Of a stretch of 64,000 nucleotides of DNA, positions 46,024 to 57,400 are shown piece after piece. The DNA comes from Paludibacteraceae bacterium (GTDB taxonomy: Bacteria; Bacteroidota; Bacteroidia; Bacteroidales; Paludibacteraceae). Positions within the stretch are counted from its first letter, which is position 1. Each line of letters opens with the position of its first letter. The notes under the pieces were generated by a model, which made no database searches, was not told the origin of the DNA, and was given only the letters and a program-made list of their open reading frames with translations. The translations under genes and the position numbers were made by a program. The stretch spans positions 2,773 through 66,772 of the forward strand of contig JAFOFC010000052.1 in NCBI GenBank assembly GCA_017387515.1, read 5' to 3'.

Positions 46024-46671
46024 ATGAAAAAGTATTTCATTATAGCAGCTATGGCATTGGTGTCGCTATCGGCATCGGCACAAGTAGCTTTTGGTATTAA
46101 GGCAGGTTTTGTAACCTCTTTGGGCTTTGAACAAAATTGGAGCGCCATCAACTTTGATAATTTAAAAATTAAAACCGATCAGGCTTATGGTTTTGATGCG
46201 GGTTTGATGTTGCGTGTAGGTTATCGTTTTTATGGTCAAATAGAAGCTAACTACCATTTTGTTACATCGCTAAATTCTATTGGTCAATCGATAGAAGATA
46301 CATGGAACGGTGTTCCTACCGAACAACAGTTAACCGAACAATCGATTAATATTCCTGTGATGGCCGGTGTTAAGTTGGTAGAAACCAAAAACTTTAACTT
46401 GCGTTTAATGGTGGGCCCAACCTTTAACTTTAATATTGGTAAAAACGGTGCAATACAAGCCCAAGGCGTTGATTCAGAACTAAAAACCTGTTCGTTTGGT
46501 CTAGATTGTGGTATTGGTATGGATATTTGGGTGTTCTCGCTAGATGCCCGTTACCGTTTGGTACAACCAGGCTATGCGTATAAAGTAGAAGACATGGTGT
46601 TAAATACCAGCCCTATCAACTCGTTCGAGGTGTCGTTGGGATGGAAAATTTTTGATAAAACAAAACGATAA
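46024..46671 (+). CDS. small outer-membrane beta-barrel protein (porin-family / OMP_b-brl_2-like)
   Basis: 215-aa ORF with a signal peptide, then AQVAFGIKAGF... and alternating beta-strand patterns, ending in ...FEVSLGWKIF. It starts 4 nt after the TolC stop. Confidence 0.55.
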   Translation: MKKYFIIAAMALVSLSASAQVAFGIKAGFVTSLGFEQNWSAINFDNLKIKTDQAYGFDAGLMLRVGYRFYGQIEANYHFVTSLNSIGQSIEDTWNGVPTEQQLTEQSINIPVMAGVKLVETKNFNLRLMVGPTFNFNIGKNGAIQAQGVDSELKTCSFGLDCGIGMDIWVFSLDARYRLVQPGYAYKVEDMVLNTSPINSFEVSLGWKIFDKTKR

Positions 46672-46682
46672 AATAAATAGAT

Positions 46683-47696
46683 ATGAATAAGATTGTAACG
46701 ATTTTGGCTTCGATGGCATTGGTAGTATCGATGGCATCGTGTACCGAAGAACAAACTACTGTTCAAGAAGTTGAAAAGGTAGAAAAGGTGCAAGTAATGA
46801 AATTAGCTACCACCGAGATTGAGCGTGAAGTAATTTTACCAACTACACTAGAAGGATACGACAATATGAAAGTATCTTCTTCTGTGAGCGGTATTATCGA
46901 CGAAATCTTAGTAAAAGTAGGCGATAGAGTGTCTAAAGGTCAGTTGTTGGTAAAAATGGATCCTACTCAATATACAACTACCAAACTTACCTATGCTAAT
47001 TTGGGTGTAGAAATGAGCCGTATGGAAGCGTTGAAAGCCGCTGGTAGCATTTCGCAACAAATTTATGACCAAACTAAAACCCAATACGAACAAGTAAAGG
47101 AACAATTGGCCCTTTACGAGAGCAATACGTTTGTACGCGCCGATTTTGCAGGTGTTATTTCGGCTAAAAACTTTGAAAATGGTGAGCTTTGCGCAGGTCA
47201 ACCCATTCTTCAACTTACTCAAATTAATAAGTTGAAAGCATTTGTTAATGTGCAAGAAAACTACTTCCCTTACCTTAAAAAAGGGATGAAGTTAAACATT
47301 ACTTCAGAGATTTATCCCGATAAGGTATTTGAAGCTATCATCGAAACGGTATTCCCAACCATCGATCCTTCTTCACATACTTTCTCTGTAAGAATACAGA
47401 TACCTAATGCATCAGAAACCTTGCGTCCTGGTATGTACGTATCTACCTCTATTTCTGTAGGTAAAGTAAAAGGTATGTTGGTTCCTTATCAATCAGTGTT
47501 GAAACTAATTGGTTCTAACGAACGTTATGTGTTTGTAAACGATGGTGGTAAGGCAAAACGCGTAATCGTTACTTTGGGTAAACGTTTTGACCGCGATGTA
47601 GAGATTATCTCTGATGAATTAAAAGAAGGTGACGAACTAATTGTGGTTGGTCAAGGTCGTTTGGTAGACGGCGTAAAATTGGAAATTGTTAAATAA
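46683..47696 (+). CDS. RND efflux periplasmic adaptor (membrane fusion protein)
   Basis: 337-aa lipoprotein (SMASC) with a biotinyl-lipoyl-like hairpin (VSGIIDEILVKVGDRVSKGQLLVKMD) and a coiled-coil hairpin, followed by beta-barrel and MP domains. Confidence 0.85.
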   Translation: MNKIVTILASMALVVSMASCTEEQTTVQEVEKVEKVQVMKLATTEIEREVILPTTLEGYDNMKVSSSVSGIIDEILVKVGDRVSKGQLLVKMDPTQYTTTKLTYANLGVEMSRMEALKAAGSISQQIYDQTKTQYEQVKEQLALYESNTFVRADFAGVISAKNFENGELCAGQPILQLTQINKLKAFVNVQENYFPYLKKGMKLNITSEIYPDKVFEAIIETVFPTIDPSSHTFSVRIQIPNASETLRPGMYVSTSISVGKVKGMLVPYQSVLKLIGSNERYVFVNDGGKAKRVIVTLGKRFDRDVEIISDELKEGDELIVVGQGRLVDGVKLEIVK

Positions 47697-47705
47697 TAAG
47701 CAGTT

Positions 47706-50700
47706 ATGAGTATTTACAAGACGGCGATAAATAAACCCGTTACCACTATACTTATCTTTATAGCGGTAATGATCATTGGTGCGTTTTCGTATATAAAACT
47801 GCCCATTGACCAAATGCCAGAAATGGACCCTCCATACATCATGGTAATGTGTACCTACCCAGGTGCCAATGCTACCGAAATGGAGACAAACATTACTAAG
47901 GTACTAGAAAATAGTTTGAACTCGGTAGACGGGTTAAAAGAAATTACTTCTAAATCAAAAGACAATATTTCTGTGGTAACCCTAGAACTAGAGTGGGGTA
48001 CCAATATGGACGAGGCGGTAAACGACGTTCGTTCGTACATTGATATTGTAAAAGATAACCTGCCCGATGGAACATCAAACCCCTTTATCTTTAAGTTTAG
48101 TTCTAGTTCTATGCCTATTATTCAATATGCGATTACAGCAGAAGAATCGTATCCAGGGCTAGAAAAATTATTAGACGACGAGGTAATTCCATTGCTAAAC
48201 CAAGTAGACGGGGTGGGTAATATCTCTATGTCTGGTCAACCCGAACGTTACGTGTACGTAGATATTGATCAGGCTAAATTAGATGCTTATCATATTCCAC
48301 TAGAACTAGTTGGTAGTGCAATTAGCGCAAACAACTTGAACATGGCATCGGGTAGCGTTAAAATGCTTGACGAACAATACCAAGTGCAAGTACGTAGTGA
48401 ATACTTAGAAAGTGCTGAAATAGAGAATGTTGTAGTAACTACTACTCCTCAAGGTAAGCAAATCTACGTACGCGATTTGGCTACCGTGCGCGATACCATC
48501 AAAGACCTTACCCTAGACGAAAAAATTAACAGCCGCGACGGGGTACGTTTGGTCATTATGAAACAATCGGGTGCCAATACCGTGCAAATTTGCCGCGAGT
48601 TGAATAAGAAAATGGAGCAAATTAAGAGTCAATTGCCTCCCGATATTCACATTGATGTGGTGTACGACTCATCAGAAGATATTCAAAACTCTATCGACTC
48701 ATTGATTGAATCTATTTTGTATGCGCTACTATTTGTGGTATTGGTAGTGTTGTTCTTCTTGGGTCGTTGGCGTGCAACCTTGATTATTAGTGCTACCATT
48801 CCTATTGCCTTGATTGTGGCATTTATCTACTTGTTGTTTGTAGGTAGTTCGTTGAATATCATTTCTTTGTGTTCGCTTACTATTGCTATTGGTATGGTGG
48901 TAGACGACGCCATTGTGGTATTGGAAAATATTACCTCTCACATAGAACGTGGTTCTAACCCTCGCGAGGCGGCTATTTATGCTACCAACGAGGTGTGGGT
49001 ATCCGTTATTGCAACTACATTAGTTATTGTGGCTGTGTTCGTGCCTCTAACCATGCTTACCGGTTTTGCTGGTATTATGTTTAAAGAATTGGGCTGGATT
49101 GTTACCATTGTAGTATGTACTTCTACGGTAGTGGCCATTACCTTAACCCCTATGCTTTCTTCTAAGCTATTACGTGCTAAAAAAGTACGTGTAGAAAACG
49201 GCAAACTAATAGAAGAATCGGTTCAAGCTGGCTGGTATCAAAAATACGTGGTAGGCATGTTAGACAAAGTGGATGCTTTCTATGCTAAGGCATTGGGTGC
49301 TTGCTTGCGCCATAAAGCCTTAACTTTGGTAACGGTATTTGCTTTATTTATAGCGTCGATGATTCCAGCGTATTTAGGCTTTGTAGGTACCGACTTTATG
49401 CAAAAAACCGACAACGGTCGTTTAACTGTAAAGGTGGAATTGCAACGTTCTACCCGTGTAGAAGAAACTGCTGCATTGGCTCGTCAGTTAGAAGCACGTA
49501 TTATGGAATTAGTGCCAGAGGTACGTATGTTGTCTTCTACTACTGGTTCGCCTGACGATGCTGGTTTCTCGGCCTTGATTAACAATACCTCTAACAACAA
49601 GCTACAAATGACGGTGGTTTGTTCTAAAAAACACGAACGTGAACGTAGTATATTTACTATCGCAGAGGAGATTCGTAAAGAATTGGCTCAATACCCACAA
49701 ATTTTAGACTATAGCTGCGAATTGGCAGGTGGTTTTGGTGGCGGTGGGGTATCTACCGTAGATATTGAGGTGTATGGTTACGATTTTGATGCTACCAACC
49801 TTTTTGCTGAACAAATTAAGCGTACCGTTAAAGACCTAGAAGGTGCACGCGACGTTACGGTAAGCCGCGACGAAGACCGTCCCGAGTTAAAAGTGGTGGT
49901 AGATAAAGAAAAAGCTGCCCGTCATGGATTAAATTCGGCAACCGTAGCTACTTATGTACGTAGCCGTATTAATGGTTATACCGCTGGTTACTTAAAAGAA
50001 GACGGCGATGAATACGATATTTTGGTTCGTTTGTCGGAATCAGACCGTAACTCGATATCGGATATAGAAAACTTAACCATACCTACTCAAACAGGTAAGT
50101 TGATAAAACTAAGCGAGTTAGCCAGTGTAGAAGAATACTTGGCTCCACCCGAAATTGAACGTAAAACGCGTCAACGTATGCTAACCATTAAGGTAACTCC
50201 TCACGAAGTATCGTTGGGTGAATTAGCAGCGGCTATCCAGGCCGTGGTAGATCCTATGGAACGTCCTGCTGGTGTAACCGTTCGTTATGGTGGTGATTAC
50301 GAAGAACAACAAGAAAGCTTTGCCGATATAGGTTTGTTGTTTGCCTTGATTATCATCTTGGTGTACGTGGTGATGGCTTCGCAATTTGAATCGTTAAGCA
50401 AACCTTTCATCATCATGATGTCTGTGCCATTTGCTATCTCGGGTGTAATTATATCGCTTTGGGTAACAAGTACTTCGCTCGATATGATTGGTGCATTAGG
50501 TATTGTTATGTTGGTGGGTATTGTGGTTAAAAACGGTATTGTGCTAGTAGACTACATTAACCTAATGCGCGACCGTGGCTACGAACTGAACGAGGCTATT
50601 CAACTATCGGGTCAATCGCGTTTGCGCCCTGTGTTGATGACTGCCTTTACCACCCTATTGGGTATGGTGCCCATGGCAGTAAGTAGTGGCGAAGGTTCAG

Positions 50701-50879
50701 AAATGTGGCAACCATTGGGTATTGTGGTAATTGGTGGTTTGTTGGTATCTACCTTGGTAACCCTAATTGTAGTACCCGTAATGTATGGCATTATGTCGCG
50801 CCACGGCGAACGCGATAAAGAAGAGCAACAACGTCGTGATTACATATTTATGCAAATAGACGAAAACTTAGAAAAATAG
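47706..50879 (+). CDS. RND (AcrB/HAE1-type) efflux transporter permease
   Basis: 1057-aa ORF with a 12-TM, two-large-loop architecture. It has N-terminal KPVTTILIFIAVMIIG, plus GMVVDDAIVVLENI and VGIVVKNGIVLVDY. Confidence 0.95.
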   Translation: MSIYKTAINKPVTTILIFIAVMIIGAFSYIKLPIDQMPEMDPPYIMVMCTYPGANATEMETNITKVLENSLNSVDGLKEITSKSKDNISVVTLELEWGTNMDEAVNDVRSYIDIVKDNLPDGTSNPFIFKFSSSSMPIIQYAITAEESYPGLEKLLDDEVIPLLNQVDGVGNISMSGQPERYVYVDIDQAKLDAYHIPLELVGSAISANNLNMASGSVKMLDEQYQVQVRSEYLESAEIENVVVTTTPQGKQIYVRDLATVRDTIKDLTLDEKINSRDGVRLVIMKQSGANTVQICRELNKKMEQIKSQLPPDIHIDVVYDSSEDIQNSIDSLIESILYALLFVVLVVLFFLGRWRATLIISATIPIALIVAFIYLLFVGSSLNIISLCSLTIAIGMVVDDAIVVLENITSHIERGSNPREAAIYATNEVWVSVIATTLVIVAVFVPLTMLTGFAGIMFKELGWIVTIVVCTSTVVAITLTPMLSSKLLRAKKVRVENGKLIEESVQAGWYQKYVVGMLDKVDAFYAKALGACLRHKALTLVTVFALFIASMIPAYLGFVGTDFMQKTDNGRLTVKVELQRSTRVEETAALARQLEARIMELVPEVRMLSSTTGSPDDAGFSALINNTSNNKLQMTVVCSKKHERERSIFTIAEEIRKELAQYPQILDYSCELAGGFGGGGVSTVDIEVYGYDFDATNLFAEQIKRTVKDLEGARDVTVSRDEDRPELKVVVDKEKAARHGLNSATVATYVRSRINGYTAGYLKEDGDEYDILVRLSESDRNSISDIENLTIPTQTGKLIKLSELASVEEYLAPPEIERKTRQRMLTIKVTPHEVSLGELAAAIQAVVDPMERPAGVTVRYGGDYEEQQESFADIGLLFALIIILVYVVMASQFESLSKPFIIMMSVPFAISGVIISLWVTSTSLDMIGALGIVMLVGIVVKNGIVLVDYINLMRDRGYELNEAIQLSGQSRLRPVLMTAFTTLLGMVPMAVSSGEGSEMWQPLGIVVIGGLLVSTLVTLIVVPVMYGIMSRHGERDKEEQQRRDYIFMQIDENLEK

Positions 50880-50885
50880 TAAGCC

Positions 50886-51179
50886 ATGAAATCTGTATTT
50901 ATTGTATTTAACCAAGCCAATACCGAACGTGTAGAGTACATGTTGGATATGTTAAAAATTAGTGGCTTTACCTTTTTTGAACAAGTGCAAGGTCGTGGTA
51001 CCAATGGGGGCGAACCCCGTCGTGGTACCCATACTTGGCCCGAAATGAACTCGGCCATTATGACCGTTATCGAAGACGAAAAAGTGCCCGAATTATTAAG
51101 CGTAGTGCGCAAATTAGATGCCCGAAACAAAGAAGTAGGGGTGCGTGCTTTTGTTTGGAACATAGAACAAACCGTTTAA
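50886..51179 (+). CDS. small P-II-like (GlnB-fold-like) transporter-associated protein
   Basis: 97-aa ORF starting 7 nt after the RND stop. It follows a beta-alpha-beta, Gly/Arg-rich loop, beta-alpha-beta pattern and aligns by eye with GlnB (MKSVFIVFNQANTERVEYMLDMLKISGFTFFEQVQGRGTNGGEPRRGTH...). I recall a PG0541-type family at this position in Porphyromonas. Confidence 0.55.
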   Translation: MKSVFIVFNQANTERVEYMLDMLKISGFTFFEQVQGRGTNGGEPRRGTHTWPEMNSAIMTVIEDEKVPELLSVVRKLDARNKEVGVRAFVWNIEQTV

Positions 51180-51204
51180 ATAAGGCTTTATAAGTCAATG
51201 TTTT

Positions 51205-51242
51205 AAGCGCCAACTGCTGTTTAAGGTAGTTGGCGCTTTTGT
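51205..51242 (+). terminator. intrinsic terminator closing the efflux operon
   Basis: AAGCGCCAACT ... AGTTGGCGCTT hairpin followed by TTTGTT. Confidence 0.65.
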
Positions 51243-51400
51243 TACAATAATATTACAAAACGATTAAGAAATAGCGGTGGATTTTTGCTTTTGCTCTTCT
51301 TTTATCAACAATCAATTAGTTAGGCACAATAATTTAGCCTCTGTTCCGTTATAATATCGTATTTTTAACCCCAAATTGTAAATTAACTAATTTATATACA

Positions 51401-54400
51401 ATGAGAAAGCAGTTTAATCTACTATCATTAACGTTATTTGTTCTTTTCAGTTTTGCTGTTGCTTCGGTAAATGCGCAAACTGTTCCCGGAACTGCAAAGC
51501 CGGGCTATCAATTACCTAATGCTAGTTTTGAGGATTGGAGCGGTCCTGAATTTAGCGGAGAAAAGACTATGCCAGACTGGCATGGTTCAAATATCTCGCA
51601 AGCAGGGCAAAATGTAGCCGTTGTGCATCCTAGTTCAGATGCTCATTCGGGTTCTAAATCCGTTCAATTAAGAGATACATTTGTTGGGCTGGGAAGTATT
51701 GGTGCGGTATCTCCTTCGTGGATAACGTTGGGTACTCCATGGTCTTACTTGCCAAGTATAACAGAGGTAGACAAGGCTACGGCTGGTACAGATGGTGGAA
51801 TTGCTTTTAGATATCGTCCCGATGCTATGACCGTGTGGATAAAACGAAAATCGGATGGAAAAGAAAATATCCACTTGGTATATTATTCGTGGAGTAAACA
51901 ATCTGTGGGTACAAAATACTTAGGAAAAGGAGGAGGTTGTACTTCTACCGATCCACACTACAATGAAGAGTCGGATATTCGCCAAGAGCAAGATGGTAAT
52001 ACGTGTGGCACTGATATATTCGCGAATCACATTGCTGACGGCGAAATTATTACCAAAGCTCAATACGATAAATGGACACAGATTACAGTGCCTATTAAGT
52101 ACACTAAAAATGATATCCCCGAGATGATGAATATCATTTTATCGGCATCTAACTATCCACAAGGAAGAACTAATTCGGGCATGGTGGATGGAAACTATAT
52201 GTTGGTGGATGATATACAACTTATTTACAGTTCAAAGGTTGATGTGTTGAAGTTAGGCGGGGAACCTTTGTATGGTTTTAACAAGGATAAATACGAATAT
52301 GTCGTAGAACTTGGCGACAAGGCTACTGCTAAGGATATTCCCGATGTAAGTTGTGAGCGTAGCGGTCGTTCTTTGCAAGGTAGTGAAATCACCATCCAAA
52401 AAGCATCAGATATAGGAAAATCTACCATTATTACGGTAAAGGCAGAAGATGGTTCTTCTACTACTACCTACACCGTTACTTTTGTGCGTAACTTGTCGGT
52501 TAACTCGCTAGCAGAAGCTATTTATGTAAACGGAGAGGCTATTCCTGGTTTTAATGGCAATGTAACCGATTACGATGTTACCGTGCCTTACGGAACCAAC
52601 CAGGCTCCAGCAATTACCGTAACCAAAGCCGAAGAGGCTCAAACGGTAGAGGTGGAATCGTGCAGCAACTTCCCTTGCGTTGCCAAGGTAAAAGTGTATG
52701 CCGAAAACCTAAATATAAGCACCACGTATACCCTTAACTTAAAATGGGGTAAACTTACCGATAATACCTTACAAAACATTTTAATTAACGGAAATCCTAT
52801 TACTGGATTTAATCCTACCCAAAACAGGTATACGGTAGAAATTCCTTTGGGAACTACGCAAGACCCAACTATTCAAGCGGTTTCTAACTATCCCGATGGT
52901 GCGCAAACTATTCAAATTACCAACAACGGATTAAATGGATCATCGTCTACGGTAAAAGTAACACCACAAGAAGGCGATCCTCGTACCTACATCATTACCT
53001 ACAAAATTACCGAATCTAGCTATTCGTACTTAAAAAATATTATGCTAGATGGTGTAGGCATAGAAGGCTTTGAACCTAGCAAAACCGATTACAACATTGC
53101 ATTGCCCGTAGGTACTACTACCTTGCCAACCATTACTTGGGAACAAGGCGATGCTTACCAAACCGTTGTGCCTACCTATAATGGCGTAAATGGCGTATCT
53201 CGTATTACCGTTACCGCACAAAACAAACAAAATAGTACCAACTATCGTTTGTCGTTTACGGTTCAAAAATCTACCAACAATAAACTGAATAATTTATTGG
53301 TAGACGGGGTGGCTATTTCTGGTTTTGATCCTAATGTAACCGATTATACCTACAACGTAAATCCTGCAGCAACCTCTCGTCCTGTAGTTACTTGGGAGGC
53401 TGGCGATGCTTACCAAGTGGTTACCAAGAACCCTGCATCAGAAGCTACCGCTACCATCGAAGGGGTAACCAAGGTAACGGCTCGCGCTCAAGATGATTCT
53501 AGAACGGTTTACAACATTACCTTTACACAACAACTATCCGATAATGCTAAATTGGCCGATTTGAGTGTTGAAGGTAATACCTTGTCGCCTGTATTTAGTG
53601 CAGACCAAACCGATTATACATGCGAGTTACAACGTGGTACAACCGTATTGCCTGCTATTAACGTTGTAAAAGGCGATGCAACCCAAAGTGTACGTATCGA
53701 AGAAAATGGTGTAAACGGCACCGCTAAAATTACCGTTAAGGCGCAAAAAGGAAATAGCATGGTGTACACCATTGCCTTCTCGGTACCAACATCGTCCGAT
53801 GTAACCCTAAAAGACATTTTGGTAGGTGGTGAGTCGGTTCAAGGTTTTGATCCTGCTACCTTAACCTATACCATTACCTTGCCTGCTGGTACTACCGCTT
53901 TGCCTAGCATCGAAGCGGTTAAAAACGATGCTGCGCAACGTGTTATCATAAACAAAGGCGGTGTAAATGGCACTACTACCTTGCGCGTAGTGGCCGAAAA
54001 CGGTGCAGAACAAACCTATAACCTAGTGTTTAGCGTAGAAAAATCGTTGAATGCTACCCTTAAAAATATTGTTGTAGGCGATGTTGATCTACCTGGTTTT
54101 GACCCAGACGTGTTGGATTATACCTATGTGTTATCGTCTGACGTAACCCGTTGCCCAATTGTAGAGGCCGAAGGTTATGCTGGTCAAACCATTACCATTA
54201 CCATGCCTCAATTGTTGGGTACTGCACGCATCGAGGTGCAACCCGAGGTAGGCGGTAAAAACGTATATACCATTCGTTTTGTCAACCAAATGTCGGATAA
54301 CAATCAGCTAGCCGATATTCAAGTAAATGGTAGTACAATTGCAGGTTTTGATGCCGCTGTAACCAACTACCAAGTAGAATTGCCTTTGGGAACTACCGCG

Positions 54401-57400
54401 CTTCCTGTAGTAACCTATACCAAAGCCGATGCTAACCAAACCGTGCAATTGATTCAGCCTGCTTTGACTGGGCCTACTCAATTGGTGGTAAAAGCCGAAA
54501 ATGGAAGCATCAATACCTACACCATTAACTTTAGCGTAGCACATTCTGATAATGCTCTTTTGGATGCTATTTACCTAGATGGTAACTTGATAAACGAATT
54601 TGCTGCTACTACGTTGAATTACCAAATTACCTTGCCAGCAGGTACTACTACCTTACCCGTTGTAACCTATAAAAAAGGCGACGAGGCGCAACGTGTTATA
54701 GCTTCTATGCCACAAGCAGCGGGCGTTACTACCTTGCAAGTAATTTCTGAAGACGGTACGCAAACCAATACTTATACCATTACCATGGCAGTGGCACCAT
54801 TTGACGATGCTACCTTAAAGAATATTTTGGCCGATGGTGTTACTATAGACGGATTTAATCCTGATGTTACTGCTTACACCCTTAACGTAGTAAATGGCAA
54901 TGCAGCTCCTGCTATTACCTATCAAAAACAAGATGCTACCCAACAAGTGGTAGTAAACAACCAAGGTTTGTTGGGCTGTACCCTTACCGTTACGGCACAA
55001 AGTGGTGCTACCAGTACCTATGTGATTAACTATAACGTTGTTCCTAACGGTAAAGCCTTGTTAAAAGATATTCAAACCTATAAAGCATCGTCGTTTGTTT
55101 CTATAGATGGCTTTGATGCTGCTACCTTTGAATACAACATTACCTTGCCTTGGCGTACAACAAGCTTGCCTGTTATTAACCCAGTTGCCGGTGCAAAAGG
55201 TCAGGTTATTACCTTAACCGAAGGTTCTGTTAACGGTACTACTACCATTCATGTATTGGCCGACGATGGTTCTGAAACTACTTATCAATTGCACTTTGCT
55301 GTAGAACAAAGCAACAATGCTTCGCTTAGCAATATTTTAATTGGTGGTAACTACTTAGAAGAGTTTAAAGCAGACCAATTGGATTATGTGGTAACGTTGC
55401 CTTACGGAACCACACAAGCACCCGTTATAGAGTACGAAAATGCTACCAAAGATGGGGTTGCCATTACCGAACAACAAATTGTACTAACTGCTGGAGGTAT
55501 AAAAGGTGTGTCTAGCATTCAAGTAACCTCGCAAGACGGTTCTGCTACCCAAACCTATACCATTCGCTTTAACGTAGCCGAATCGGATAAACCCAATCAG
55601 TTGGCTCGCTTAATTGCGGGTAGCGTACCTGTTACTTTGCAAGATGGTGTATTTAACTACGATGTTACCTTGCCATACGGCACCACTTCTTTGCCAGATT
55701 TGCTATACGATAAAAACTACCAAGAACAAGAGGTTAGGGTAGCCAAAATGGGTTATGGTTATCAAATTACCGTGGTATCTAATATGCCTGGTGTTGATGA
55801 TGTGGTGTACAACCTGCATTGCAAAGTGGCTCCATCGCCTCAATCGTTGTTGGGCGTTGAATTGAAAAACGGTGCTACCTTGTATCCTGCATTCGATCCT
55901 AATGTAACCCAATACATTGCCAAAGTAAACGAGAAAGAAGATGCTACCGCATTGTACGATGATGTATTGAATAATGTTAAGATAGTAGAATCTACCGATA
56001 AAAAATTTGTGGTTACCTTAACCAGCAAAACTAATCCTTCTAGTAGCATTACCCACACCATTTATTACTACTACCAAAACGATGTGGTTCCTAATGGTGA
56101 GTTTACCCAGTGGACAACCCCTATAAATAACGGAGATAGGGGAGCTGTAAAACCAACAGGCTGGAATGTGCCTGCAGACGCAGATAGCGGTGGAGGTGTA
56201 GGAACCTATACTGGCACTGAGGTAGTTAAAACTAATAACAGTGTTGTTGGTCTTAAAACAACCCGATATTGGGACCTAGGTTGGGCTGGTAGTATTATTC
56301 CGGCGTTTATGACCACAGGTACTGTTACCGGTGCTTTAGAAGTTAGTGCTGGTACTCATTTTGAGGTGTCGGGTGGTGTTACCTTCCGCAATACGCCACA
56401 AGCCATTACAATAGGTTATAATTTCCCTACTAAAAAAGGCGATGGTGCGTTGTTCGGTATTCGTTTTTATGCGGGTACAACCGAGTACAAGTACGATTAC
56501 ATCGTACAAACGCAAACTTCAAACTATACAGAATATACTAAGCAATTAGACTTAGATGGTAAAAATATTACCTATATGAATCTTATTGTCAATGCAACCA
56601 ATCAATTTAAAGGTGATAATGGTACAAATAAGCATGGTGCTAGGATTAATATTGATTACATTCGCTTGGTTTACAACAAGTCGCTTACTAGCATGACGGT
56701 TAATGGGGTACAGGCTACCCGCAATGGTAATAGCTTTGCTGCAACCATCGATACTGAATTCTTTGGAACGCCAGCAACTACGTTCAAAGGCGAAGTGCCC
56801 GACCAAGCTTACGAGGTAATTTGGGGAGAAGAAAAGAATGGCGTACGCACAGCCACTGTTCGTTGCTATGCAGAAGATACCTCTTATAACGATTATACTT
56901 TGACTGTTACCCGTAAGCAATCTACCGATAATACCTTAAAAGAATTGGTAGTAGCAGGTGCAGAATCGATGGTATTTAACCCTGCTACCTTGCAATACGA
57001 TGTGGTGTTGCCTTATGAACAAAATACCTTGCCCGATGTATCGGCAGCAGCCAATTCAAATTATGCTACAGTAGCCATTAGCGGTGTTAATAACCTAAAC
57101 ACTACCAATGCATCAACCCTTAGCGTTGTGGTAACTCCCGATAAGGCCGATGCTGCTGCTAAAGAATACAAAGTGAAATTTACCAAGCTGGCTCCTAGCA
57201 GCGATGCTACTTTAAAGAACTTGGTAGTAGAAGGCTACGACATTGCTTACGATGCTGCTAATCTTACATATAACGTAACCTTACCTGCTGGTACAACTGT
57301 AATGTCTGCAGTAAGTTTTGAAAAACAATTGGACGACCAAAACGTAGTAATGACCTTGGGTACCACCACCACCTTGTTGGTAACAGCTCAAGATGGAACT

